From IMG/VR virus record IMGVR_UViG_3300027672_001707: DNA of 49,703 nt; one strand, given 5' to 3'. Source of the stretch: an uncultured virus (IMG/VR IMGVR_UViG_3300027672_001707). Its lineage: Duplodnaviria; Heunggongvirae; Uroviricota; Caudoviricetes. The notes beneath the pieces are model-generated. The model was not told the origin of the DNA. It worked only from the letters and a program-made list of their open reading frames with translations, and searched no databases. Shown here piece by piece: positions 1 to 8,790 of the stretch. Position numbers and translations under genes: made by a program. The first letter of the stretch is position 1. Each line of letters starts with the position of its first letter.

Positions 1-1
1 A

Positions 2-1099
2 GCAAGTGCAACAACTCCGGAAGAGAAACAGTTTTGGGATAAACGACAGTTAGTTAAAAAGATTAACTTGAACAGTTTATATGGTGCGATTCTTAATCCA
101 GGTTGTAGATTCTTTGATAAACGTATTGGACAAAGTACTACATTGTGTGGCAGAAGTATTGCAAAACACATGGACGCATATGTTAATGAATGTTTAACAG
201 GCGTGTATGATCATAGAGGTGAAACTATTATATATGGTGACACAGACTCTGCATACTTTAGTGCATGGCCCGTTCTTAAAGAACGTGTTGAGAAAGGTGA
301 ATTAGAGTGGAACAAAGATACTTGTACTGCTTTATATGATTCTATTAGCGACAAAGTTAACGAAAGTTTTCCAGGCTTTATGAAGAAGGCTTTTAATGCA
401 CCTAGGGAAAATGGAGAGATTATTGTTGGTGGTAGAGAAGTATGTGCAACCAAAGGTTTGTTTATTACAAAGAAACGTTATGCATTACTTATATACGACA
501 ACGAAGGATATCGCACAGATAAAGACAGTCCGGGAAAGATTAAAGCAATGGGACTTGACCTTAAACGGTCAGATACACCTAAGATTGTACAAGACTTTCT
601 TAGTAACATCTTAACAGGAGTGTTAACTGGCGATGATAGAGATACTGCACTTGAGAAAGTAAAGTTGTTTAAAGAAGAATTCATGCAAAAGCAAGGTTGG
701 GAAAAAGGTAGCCCAAGACGTGCAAATAACATGACAAAATTCCAAGCACTTGAACAGAGGCAAGGAAGAGCAAATATGCCAGGACACGTCAGAGCTAGTA
801 TGAACTGGAATAGATTGCGAAAGATGAACAGTGACAGATATAGTACCGAGATCAAAGACGGTCACAAAGTTATTGTTTGTAAAATGAAGGCAAATCCACT
901 AGGATACACTAGTGTGGCTTATCCAGTTGATGAACCGCATTTGCCACAATGGTTTAAAGAATTACCGTTTGATGATAGTGCAATGGAAAGCACTGTAATT
1001 GACAGTAAGATTAACAACCTATTAGACGTATTGGGGTGGGACTTGACGCTAGATTCCAATACTAACACTAAATTTAATGATTTGTTTAGTTTTGAATAA
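2..1099 (+). CDS. gp43: Family B DNA polymerase, C-terminal part (5' truncated by window edge)
   Basis: Frame is open from base 2 (ASATTPEEKQFWDKRQLVKKINLNSLYG). PolB motifs KxxxNSxYG, YGDTDS and KKRY are present; the protein ends in FNDLFSFE. Confidence 0.95.
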   Translation, partial: ASATTPEEKQFWDKRQLVKKINLNSLYGAILNPGCRFFDKRIGQSTTLCGRSIAKHMDAYVNECLTGVYDHRGETIIYGDTDSAYFSAWPVLKERVEKGELEWNKDTCTALYDSISDKVNESFPGFMKKAFNAPRENGEIIVGGREVCATKGLFITKKRYALLIYDNEGYRTDKDSPGKIKAMGLDLKRSDTPKIVQDFLSNILTGVLTGDDRDTALEKVKLFKEEFMQKQGWEKGSPRRANNMTKFQALEQRQGRANMPGHVRASMNWNRLRKMNSDRYSTEIKDGHKVIVCKMKANPLGYTSVAYPVDEPHLPQWFKELPFDDSAMESTVIDSKINNLLDVLGWDLTLDSNTNTKFNDLFSFE

Positions 1100-1106
1100 A
1101 AAGAAC

Positions 1107-1135
1107 TTGACTTTGAACCTAAATACACATATAAT
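1107..1135 (+). promoter_or_regulatory. sigma70-like promoter with embedded CTAAATA late-type box
   Basis: TTGACT-17nt-TATAAT upstream of the clamp gene; the spacer contains GAACCTAAATA (1115-1125). Confidence 0.65.
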
Positions 1136-1149
1136 TATATTATTAACTG

Positions 1150-1896
1150 ATGGAGAATAAATCTATGAAAGACTATCTAAACGATATTGTTCAGCATACA
1201 CACAGCCTAGGCTTTATTGACTTGGTAAAAATTGAAGGTAGTGATGTTGCAACAACACTAGAAGGACTTGCAGATGACAGAAGTGTTATCGTACAAGCCA
1301 AATTTAAATCGCCGTACGCAGAGTTTATGGGTACGTTCGGTATGCCTAATTTAAGTAAATTAGCAATACTACTTGGTATTCAAGAGTATAAAGCAGATGC
1401 TAAGATTACAATTAGCAAACAAGAACGCAACGGAACAGATGTTCCAGTTGGGTTATACTTTGAAAATGTTAGGGGCGACTTTAAGAACGACTATCGCTTT
1501 ATGACAAGTGAAGTAATTAACGACAAACTTAAAACTGTAAAGTTTAAGGGTGTTAAGTGGGACGTTGAAATTAAGCCAAGTATGGCGGCAGTACAACGTT
1601 TAAAAATGCAGGCACAAGTGCATAGTGAAGAAACAACTTTCATCGCTAGAACAGAAGATGGCAACTTAAAGTTTTACTTTGGTGACCATAGCACACACGC
1701 AGGTAACTTTGTATTCCAACCAGATATTACTGGTTCGTTGAAGCACGGTTGGCAGTGGCCCATTAACCAAGTAATTAGTATTTTGAGCCTCCCAGGTGAA
1801 ATTACTATGCGATTCTCTGATGAGGGTGCTAGTATGATTTCAGTTGATTCTGGACAGATTCAATACGATTATATCCTTCCAGCACAATCTAAATAA
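1150..1896 (+). CDS. gp45: Sliding clamp (gp45/PCNA-like DNA polymerase processivity factor)
   Basis: 248 aa, directly after the polymerase. Clamp-like size and beta-rich pattern, FGMPNLSKL motif and YDYILPA terminus. Confidence 0.7.
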   Translation: MENKSMKDYLNDIVQHTHSLGFIDLVKIEGSDVATTLEGLADDRSVIVQAKFKSPYAEFMGTFGMPNLSKLAILLGIQEYKADAKITISKQERNGTDVPVGLYFENVRGDFKNDYRFMTSEVINDKLKTVKFKGVKWDVEIKPSMAAVQRLKMQAQVHSEETTFIARTEDGNLKFYFGDHSTHAGNFVFQPDITGSLKHGWQWPINQVISILSLPGEITMRFSDEGASMISVDSGQIQYDYILPAQSK

Positions 1897-1907
1897 AGGG
1901 GAAGTCA

Positions 1908-3371
1908 ATGAAGACTAACCTTACAGATGCACAAAATGACTACGCAGTATTTCTGCCAGCATTAAGTACATTCTACGCACTCTTTGTAGGCAGACAACGT
2001 AGGCACGAATATATTGATTATAATCGTGTTCCTAGTTTTCTTCCACACGGTGTTGAAAGTATGAACTGGTTGGCACCAGAAGGTCTATGGAAATACAAAT
2101 GGTCATTGCACTCGGCTGGTCATGCCAGTCTAGACTTGGAAAAGGATATGTATCGTGAAGATATGTACAGAGACAGGAACCGAGAACACAGTTGGTTACT
2201 AGGAGACTCAGGTGGTTTCCAAATTGGTAAAGGCAAGTGGGAAGGTGACTGGAGAGCAAATAGCGGTTGTGCTCAAGCACAAAAGAAACGTGATGGTGTT
2301 CTAAAGTGGATGGACAAGTTCATGGACTATGGAATGATTTTAGATATTCCGGCATGGGTAGGACGTAGTCCTGAAGGTGCAGAAAAAAGTAAAATTAGTT
2401 CATATCAAGAAGCAGTTGAAGGCACACAATTTAATAACGAATACTTTATTAAAAACCGTAATGGTAACTGTAAGTTCTTAAATGTACTACAAGGTGAAAA
2501 CTTTGCACAAGCCGATGATTGGTATCAGCAAATGAAGAAGTACAGTGATCACCGATTGTACCCAGATACACATTTTAACGGTTGGGCAATGGGCGGACAG
2601 AATATGTGCGACTTGCATCTAGCATTGAAACGTGTAATTGAACTAAGGTTTGACGGTTTACTTGAAAAAGGTAAACAAGATGTTATGCACTTCTTAGGAA
2701 CTAGTAAACTTGAATGGGCACTAGTACTAACTGCAATACAACGTGGTATTCGTAAGAACCATAATGAGAACTTCACAGTAACATTTGATTGTGCAAGTCC
2801 GTTCTTATGTACTGCAAATGGTCAAGTCTATACAGGACATAGAACAGTACAAGATGAAAAGTGGAGTTATATGATGTCGCCGGCACCAGATGACAAAGCA
2901 TATAGTACTGACACTAGACCCTACGATGATTTAGCAACAGACTTCTTTAATAAACAAGGAATGAACTGGATGCCTACTCCTATTACACAAGGACTAAAAG
3001 TAAATGACGTTTGTATTTACAGTCCAACAGATGTTAATAGAATGGGTGTATCGACTAAAACTAGTTGGGATTCGTTTGCATATGCACTTATGATGAACCA
3101 TAATGTATATACACACATTAATAGTGTACAAGAAGCAAATAGACAGTATGACGGTGGTAACTATCCTAATATGCTTGTTAACGATACATTCGATAAACAA
3201 GAAGTTAAAGATGTTATTGCTAGAATATTTGAACTTGATAACAAAGACCAAGCACTTGCATTAGTAGATGAACACACTAAACTATGGATGAAGGTCGTTG
3301 GAACACGTGGAGCAGTTGGTAAGAAAACTATTAACAGTTCTGCACAATTTAACAGTTTGTTTGAGGTATAA
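1908..3371 (+). CDS. dpdA: TGT-family transglycosylase, DpdA-like (7-deazaguanine insertion into DNA)
   Basis: TGT motifs LGDSGGFQ, MILDIP, VLQG, MHFLG and TFDCAS; lies beside replication genes, with folE, queD, queE and yhhQ in the window. Confidence 0.8.
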   Translation: MKTNLTDAQNDYAVFLPALSTFYALFVGRQRRHEYIDYNRVPSFLPHGVESMNWLAPEGLWKYKWSLHSAGHASLDLEKDMYREDMYRDRNREHSWLLGDSGGFQIGKGKWEGDWRANSGCAQAQKKRDGVLKWMDKFMDYGMILDIPAWVGRSPEGAEKSKISSYQEAVEGTQFNNEYFIKNRNGNCKFLNVLQGENFAQADDWYQQMKKYSDHRLYPDTHFNGWAMGGQNMCDLHLALKRVIELRFDGLLEKGKQDVMHFLGTSKLEWALVLTAIQRGIRKNHNENFTVTFDCASPFLCTANGQVYTGHRTVQDEKWSYMMSPAPDDKAYSTDTRPYDDLATDFFNKQGMNWMPTPITQGLKVNDVCIYSPTDVNRMGVSTKTSWDSFAYALMMNHNVYTHINSVQEANRQYDGGNYPNMLVNDTFDKQEVKDVIARIFELDNKDQALALVDEHTKLWMKVVGTRGAVGKKTINSSAQFNSLFEV

Positions 3372-4247
3372 ATGAAAAGTCTTATAGTAGGTATGGGTAT
3401 TGGGCAACTATACATGAAGGTACTAACAGAAATGGGTATCGATGTTGTAACAGTTGACCCAAATAGACCTGCTGATTTTAAGACTATTCAAGATGTACCA
3501 ATTGATATGTACGACACTGTACATATCTGTACGCCAAATGAAACCCACGAAGAACTTGCAAGGTTTATCGCTCCCTGGTGTCATTTAATGTTTATTGAAA
3601 AGCCTGGATTATCTACTTCGAAAGCATGGTCAGATTTGCACTATGACTTTCCAGAGTGTAGAATATCTATGGTAAAGAATAATCAGTTTAGACACAACAT
3701 AGATGAACTTATTAATATGGCAAGAACAAGTCGTGTAGTTGACATTCATTGGCAAAACAAAAACAGAGTACCTAATCCGGGTAGTTGGTTTACAACAAAA
3801 GAATTAGCATATGGCGGAGTAAGTAGAGATTTACTTCCACACTTGTTAAGCCTTTATCAAGTATTCAATCCTAGTTATGCTAATACTCTTCCATCAGATA
3901 AAATAGCAAGAACTAATTGGAATCTTAAAGGATTACTTGATACAGATTATGGCACAGTTGATCCCGATGGAGTATATGATGTAGATGATGAAGCAGGTAT
4001 GGGATATAAGACAAAGTTTTGTCAATACAACTTACTCGCTAATTGGAAAACAGACTTATACGATGATGTCGGGATTAACTTTGAAATACTTGGTCATATA
4101 GAACGTGTAGAATTAGGCTTATGTCCTGAAGAAGCATACAAAAGAATGATTGACATTGGACTAGAAAACCTGCATAATAATGAATATTGGGAAGATCAAT
4201 TTACAAAGGATATGTGGATACATAAACAAATGGAAGAACTATGCTAG
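3372..4247 (+). CDS. Gfo/Idh/MocA family NAD(P)-dependent oxidoreductase
   Basis: Rossmann IVGMGIG, ICTPNETH, IEKP and GGVSRDLLPH motifs. Confidence 0.85.
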   Translation: MKSLIVGMGIGQLYMKVLTEMGIDVVTVDPNRPADFKTIQDVPIDMYDTVHICTPNETHEELARFIAPWCHLMFIEKPGLSTSKAWSDLHYDFPECRISMVKNNQFRHNIDELINMARTSRVVDIHWQNKNRVPNPGSWFTTKELAYGGVSRDLLPHLLSLYQVFNPSYANTLPSDKIARTNWNLKGLLDTDYGTVDPDGVYDVDDEAGMGYKTKFCQYNLLANWKTDLYDDVGINFEILGHIERVELGLCPEEAYKRMIDIGLENLHNNEYWEDQFTKDMWIHKQMEELC

Positions 4248-5227
4248 TAAAACTATTACAAACAACAGGCAATGGAAAGTTCGAAGAAATCGAATGGAAC
4301 AAACCTAATGTAGGAAATGAAGAAATTGAAGTTATGGCTTTAATGACTGGCATTTGTCGTAGTGACATTGATATGATGAATGGTAACTTTGGTCCATTGC
4401 CTTTAAATATGCAAGGACATGAAGGACTAGGTCAAGTTACAAAAATTGGTAAAGAGATTACAGACACTAAGGTAGGCGACATTGTTGCTACTAGAGGTGA
4501 ACCTGCATATGCAGATTATTACAACGTTAGACATAACGAATATGTAGTTGTGCCAGATGCTGATCCTAAATACATTATAGAGCCTGTGGCTTGTGGTATT
4601 AATATAGTTACAAGTAACTTAGACAAGTTAAACTATATGTCAGGTATGGCAAAGTTTAAAGGACAACGACAACGTATTTTAATTATAGGCAGTGGCTTTT
4701 TAGCAACAGTTGTTTACACAAAATTAAAAGTATTACGTTTAGCAGATGATGTTGATGTGCTAGGTTCTCATAATAGAAAGTTTTGGGAAGATAGATTAAT
4801 ATCAGAACCTAACGGCAAGTATGATGTAGTGATAGATTTGAAAGATGATAGCACACTTGTATTTGATGGCGATATAATTAATGAGAATGCATTGATTATA
4901 CTAGCGGCAGAGAAAAAAGGAATTACTACTACATTTGGTAACTTGTTATGGAAAAATGCAAGTATGGACTTTCCAAGTCCTAGAAACCCAAACTTTCATA
5001 GTAGTATGGGAGATGCAGTTTCCTTAATTAGTACAGGTATCTTAAACATAGATGGCTTTTGGACAAAAAGTTATGATAGAGATATGGAATGGGAACAAGC
5101 ATTTGTTGACGGCAACAATCGTCCAGAAGGATACAGTAGAGGCTACATTACTTGGAATAAGCATATGTACAAACTGTATGAAAAAACCAGAGCTCAACGT
5201 ATAGTTGACGAAACAGAGAGTAAATAG
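4241..5227 (+). CDS. MDR family (Zn-type alcohol/sugar dehydrogenase-like) oxidoreductase
   Basis: GICRSD, GHEGLG, KVGDIV, EPVAC and IIGSGFLA motifs; lacks the four-Cys structural Zn loop. Confidence 0.85.
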   Translation: MLVKLLQTTGNGKFEEIEWNKPNVGNEEIEVMALMTGICRSDIDMMNGNFGPLPLNMQGHEGLGQVTKIGKEITDTKVGDIVATRGEPAYADYYNVRHNEYVVVPDADPKYIIEPVACGINIVTSNLDKLNYMSGMAKFKGQRQRILIIGSGFLATVVYTKLKVLRLADDVDVLGSHNRKFWEDRLISEPNGKYDVVIDLKDDSTLVFDGDIINENALIILAAEKKGITTTFGNLLWKNASMDFPSPRNPNFHSSMGDAVSLISTGILNIDGFWTKSYDRDMEWEQAFVDGNNRPEGYSRGYITWNKHMYKLYEKTRAQRIVDETESK

Positions 5228-5773
5228 ATGAAACAAATGATGCGAACGTATGCTACACTAAAAGGTGGCGAAGTTACAACTGATAAAGCAAAGTTCTTTA
5301 TGAACAAAGAAGTTGAAAAGACTCCTATGTACGGTGAAAAGACATTGTTTGTATGCGGTATACAAGACTTAAATAGAACTATTGAACACGCAACCAATCA
5401 TGATATTAAACACATCTATTTAGGCACAGGCACAACATTTAAACCAGTAACAAACGGTGACTGGACTGATTGGAATAATTACATCTCAGGATTGCTTAAA
5501 GCAGACTTATGGGTTACATTAGATTTTGATCTAATGGAATATGGTAAAGATATTTTAGAAATGGGTTGGGTTGAAGATAGACGCTTCATTCCTATGCAAA
5601 GTCTAAAACTTGGCTATTGGCAACAATGGAACCATAATACAACTATAAAGTTTGATGACACAGACTTTAATGCCACAAATCCTGGTGTATGGTGTGTTCC
5701 TATGGAAGATGTTATTAATCGTAAAACATTTTCAGATTGGGACAAGTACGTTGGCGACACATTTATTGAATAA
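5228..5773 (+). CDS. Hypothetical protein in the dpdA operon
   Basis: 181 aa ORF abutting the dehydrogenase gene; no recognised motif. Confidence 0.7.
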   Translation: MKQMMRTYATLKGGEVTTDKAKFFMNKEVEKTPMYGEKTLFVCGIQDLNRTIEHATNHDIKHIYLGTGTTFKPVTNGDWTDWNNYISGLLKADLWVTLDFDLMEYGKDILEMGWVEDRRFIPMQSLKLGYWQQWNHNTTIKFDDTDFNATNPGVWCVPMEDVINRKTFSDWDKYVGDTFIE

Positions 5774-5790
5774 CCTTAGGAGGGTATAAT

Positions 5791-5964
5791 ATGATAGCAA
5801 CAACTGATGAACTACGCAAAGAACATAAGGCACTTAAAAAACAAGTAGCGGACGCAGAAAAACTCCGTGAAGGCGACCGAGGTTGGAGAGGCAAAGAAGA
5901 TTTGATTGCTTTAAAACTAAAAAAATTACACATTAAAGAGCAAATTGCTAAAAGTAAGTCTTGA
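5791..5964 (+). CDS. Small coiled-coil protein, DUF465/YdcH-like (not in ORF track)
   Basis: 57 aa MIATTDELRKEHKALKKQV...LKLKKLHIKEQIAKSKS with strong RBS AGGAGG upstream. Confidence 0.7.
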   Translation: MIATTDELRKEHKALKKQVADAEKLREGDRGWRGKEDLIALKLKKLHIKEQIAKSKS

Positions 5965-5989
5965 CATTCGAAAACAACTATACTATAAT
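5961..5989 (+). promoter_or_regulatory. sigma70 consensus promoter upstream of dpdL-like gene
   Basis: Perfect TTGACA-17nt-TATAAT. Confidence 0.8.
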
Positions 5990-6008
5990 AATATAGAAAG
6001 TAACAACA

Positions 6009-6470
6009 ATGGGAAGATACATAGACGATATGATTAGCGACATGAGAGCGGCGGCTATACAAGACGCACAAAAAAAGCAAATTGAATCCGCTAGTAAAAT
6101 GATCTGGGTTACATTTAAGAAGGAAGGTATACACAAATACCCTGCCGCATTAGATGATCCTAAACTAGCAACAGGAGATGAATATGATGTTAGTTTTTTA
6201 GGCTATCCTCATAGACATATTTTTCATTTTAAAGTGGCAATAGAAGTATTCCACGACGACAGAGATATTGAATTTATTCAATTCAAACGTTGGCTTGAAA
6301 AATTATATGCAGAAAAAACATTAGAGTTAGATTACAAATCTTGTGAAATGATGTCTGATGATTTATTTGGCATGATACAATCCCGTTACCCTGAACGTAC
6401 TGTAGAAATTGAAGTAAGTGAGGACGGGGAAAACGGATCTTTAGCGAAATATGAGTATACAAGGAATTAA
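6009..6470 (+). CDS. dpdL: QueD-paralog T-fold protein, DpdL-like (putative 7-carboxy-7-deazaguanine decarboxylase)
   Basis: LGYPHRHIF matches LxxxHRHxF, which replaces the QueD CxxxHGH motif. Also EGIH, IEF, SCE and VSEDGENG T-fold motifs. A true queD is encoded separately. Confidence 0.7.
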   Translation: MGRYIDDMISDMRAAAIQDAQKKQIESASKMIWVTFKKEGIHKYPAALDDPKLATGDEYDVSFLGYPHRHIFHFKVAIEVFHDDRDIEFIQFKRWLEKLYAEKTLELDYKSCEMMSDDLFGMIQSRYPERTVEIEVSEDGENGSLAKYEYTRN

Positions 6471-6475
6471 GAAAA

Positions 6476-6694
6476 ATGAAGCTCAGCAACACGGAGCAAC
6501 TATTTGATCGACTGGATCAATATAAGCGGTTTTGCGTCGATAACGGATATCCGTTTAACGAAGCAGACCTTGGTCGAAACAACAGCCCATGGGGGCATAT
6601 GCAGAAAAGCATTGCTAACAAGCGCCGTCCTTATAATCAATGGATTAGAGATGGCAAGGCTATGAGATCTCAAGGGAGGGTAATCCGGAAGTAA
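6476..6694 (+). CDS. Hypothetical protein
   Basis: 72 aa ORF translationally coupled to the next gene. Confidence 0.65.
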   Translation: MKLSNTEQLFDRLDQYKRFCVDNGYPFNEADLGRNNSPWGHMQKSIANKRRPYNQWIRDGKAMRSQGRVIRK

Positions 6695-7074
6695 TGAGAG
6701 AATTTATCTTTGAATCGTGGAATACTATTATGGATCATAACAAGAATCCATTAAGAGCTATTCCCGATTTACAAGTTAGACATATGGTGATGCAAATACT
6801 CGCATTTATGTGGTCAACTGTATTTGCAATCATTATTGTCAACAACATATGGGTTTTTATGTATAGTGCAATCGGACACGCATTATTTGTAGGAGCAGTA
6901 GTTGTTACCGTTGCCACATTTAGAGTAGCAGAAAAAATTCCAAATGCGTTTAAATTTAAAAATGGATATCATTCTTACGGTAGAGGTAGAGGTTCTATTA
7001 TATTCCGTGATAAGAATGGTATTGCTCAAAAAGTTCCACTAGATCCAAATGATCCTGGTGGAGAACATGAATAG
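6694..7074 (+). CDS. Hypothetical membrane protein
   Basis: Two hydrophobic segments; NPLRAIPD...RHMVMQILAFMWS. Confidence 0.7.
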   Translation: MREFIFESWNTIMDHNKNPLRAIPDLQVRHMVMQILAFMWSTVFAIIIVNNIWVFMYSAIGHALFVGAVVVTVATFRVAEKIPNAFKFKNGYHSYGRGRGSIIFRDKNGIAQKVPLDPNDPGGEHE

Positions 7075-7081
7075 GATAAAA

Positions 7082-8176
7082 ATGAAAACAGTATATATAG
7101 TAGACTTAGAGCCAGTCGAAACACGTTACACGGCTCAGTGGAAGAAACATTTACCTAAACAAATGTCTGAGTACTTTGGTACAGAGGATTATAACGTAGA
7201 AGTTATTAGTGGTGGAGATGTTCCACAGACTACTACACCTGGTGCATTTTTAAACTTTGCAGGAACTAACAGTTACAAAAGTCAACAGATGTTGCAAATT
7301 GCTGAACTAGTTGCAAGTGGTAAAGTTAAAGACGGCGATTACTTCTTGTACACTGATGCATGGAACCCTACAGTAATACAGTTAAAGTATATGGCAGAAC
7401 TACTAGGTATCAATATTAAAATTGGTGGTATGTGGCACGCCGGTAGTTATGATCCAGCAGACTTCTTAGGAAGATTGATTGGTGCTAAACCTTGGGTACG
7501 TTACGCAGAAGCAAGTATGTTCGAATGTTATGACCATAATTACTTTGCTACACGATTCCATGTAGACTTGTTTGCACAAAGTTTCTTAACTGATACAAAG
7601 GATATTGATCAGAATTTAGAAGTAGGTAAGATGCAGATTGTTGGTTGGCCCATGGAGTATCTAACAGATACACTGCAACCGTTTGCTGGTGCTAAAAAAG
7701 AAAACATTATATTGTTTCCGCACAGAGTAGCACCTGAGAAGAATCCAGAGATCTTTGCTAAACTAAAAGAACTATTACCAGACTATGAATTTATTGTATG
7801 TCAGGATAAGCAGTTAAGCAAAGACGAATACCACGAACTACTCGGTAAAGCAAAGATTGTGTTTAGTGCTAACTTGCAAGAAACATTAGGTATCAGTGCT
7901 TACGAAGGTAGTTTAGTTGATACATTACCATTAGTACCTAATAGATTAAGTTACTTTGAAATGTATCCAGATGAATTCAAATATGCAAGTGCTTTAACAG
8001 TTAATTTAAAAGGTTTTGAAAAGAGTCCTACTGAAGTCGTAGACAAGATTATTGATATGATTGAGAACTATGACAAGTATGTTGAAACAAACAACTTACT
8101 AAAAGAACGACTTAAAGACTTCTTTGATGGTACCAAATTGTATCAGGCTATCAAGGCTAGTGTCGATGGAATTTAA
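7082..8176 (+). CDS. GT-B (GT4-like) glycosyltransferase, QTMAN/GTDC1/DUF3524-like C-terminal motifs
   Basis: FPHRVAPEKNPE, SANLQETLGISAYEG (ExxG-x4-E) and PNRLSYFEMY; likely start ATG 7082. Confidence 0.8.
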   Translation: MKTVYIVDLEPVETRYTAQWKKHLPKQMSEYFGTEDYNVEVISGGDVPQTTTPGAFLNFAGTNSYKSQQMLQIAELVASGKVKDGDYFLYTDAWNPTVIQLKYMAELLGINIKIGGMWHAGSYDPADFLGRLIGAKPWVRYAEASMFECYDHNYFATRFHVDLFAQSFLTDTKDIDQNLEVGKMQIVGWPMEYLTDTLQPFAGAKKENIILFPHRVAPEKNPEIFAKLKELLPDYEFIVCQDKQLSKDEYHELLGKAKIVFSANLQETLGISAYEGSLVDTLPLVPNRLSYFEMYPDEFKYASALTVNLKGFEKSPTEVVDKIIDMIENYDKYVETNNLLKERLKDFFDGTKLYQAIKASVDGI

Positions 8177-8540
8177 AGATATTCCATGGACAGACGTAAT
8201 AATTGATACACGAGATTTTACAGTCTTTAGAGATGCTTACCCTGTAACAGAAGGACATATCTTATTTGTTCCTAAATTACTCGAATGGTCATCTTTAGAA
8301 AAATGCTATAAAGCCGCTTATAATTGGGGATATGGTTGGGTAAAAGATGGTTACTGTGATGCTTATAACATTGGACAAAATGTTGGAGCAGAAGCAGGAC
8401 AAACTATTGAATACCCTCATGTACATTTAATCCCAAGACGTAAAGGCGATATGGAAGACCCAAGGGGTGGCGTAAGACACGTTATACCTGAGAAGGGCAA
8501 TTACAGGAAAGGAAGTTATGTTGAAACAAATAATAATTAA
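8166..8540 (+). CDS. HIT family nucleotide hydrolase
   Basis: FRDAYPVTEGHILFVPK, YNIGQNVGAEAGQT and YPHVHLIPR; likely start 8166. Confidence 0.9.
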   Translation: MEFKDIPWTDVIIDTRDFTVFRDAYPVTEGHILFVPKLLEWSSLEKCYKAAYNWGYGWVKDGYCDAYNIGQNVGAEAGQTIEYPHVHLIPRRKGDMEDPRGGVRHVIPEKGNYRKGSYVETNNN

Positions 8541-8721
8541 TGCGGCTAAGAAACACGCCGAAGCAGAAGTAGATTTGCATAAAGCCAATATTGAAGTATA
8601 TATGCAATCTGTGGTAGGCATCGGTGAACATAGTGATATTATCGAAACTGTTCAAAAAGAATTAGATAAAATGGCTACCGCTGACGACAGACTTGAAATG
8701 TTGAACAAATATTTTGGTTGA
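8518..8721 (+). CDS. Hypothetical protein (helical, VGIGEHSDI motif)
   Basis: 67 aa ORF overlapping the HIT gene end. Confidence 0.75.
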   Translation: MLKQIIINAAKKHAEAEVDLHKANIEVYMQSVVGIGEHSDIIETVQKELDKMATADDRLEMLNKYFG

Positions 8722-8755
8722 CTTATACTATAATAATGTAGTATACTATAATAAT
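8718..8755 (+). promoter_or_regulatory. Promoter region of folE with duplicated 14-mer
   Basis: TTGACT-18nt-TATACT; TATACTATAATAAT occurs at 8724 and 8742. Confidence 0.5.
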
Positions 8756-8790
8756 AAACACGACTCGCCGTGTATAACTAGGGGAATTAA

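Noticed and set aside
1908..3371. Ordinary bacterial tRNA-guanine transglycosylase (tgt)
   Set aside because: It lacks the C-terminal CxCxxC...H zinc site of bacterial Tgt, is longer, sits beside the polymerase and clamp, and has a clamp-motif-like tail. tRNA activity is not formally excluded.
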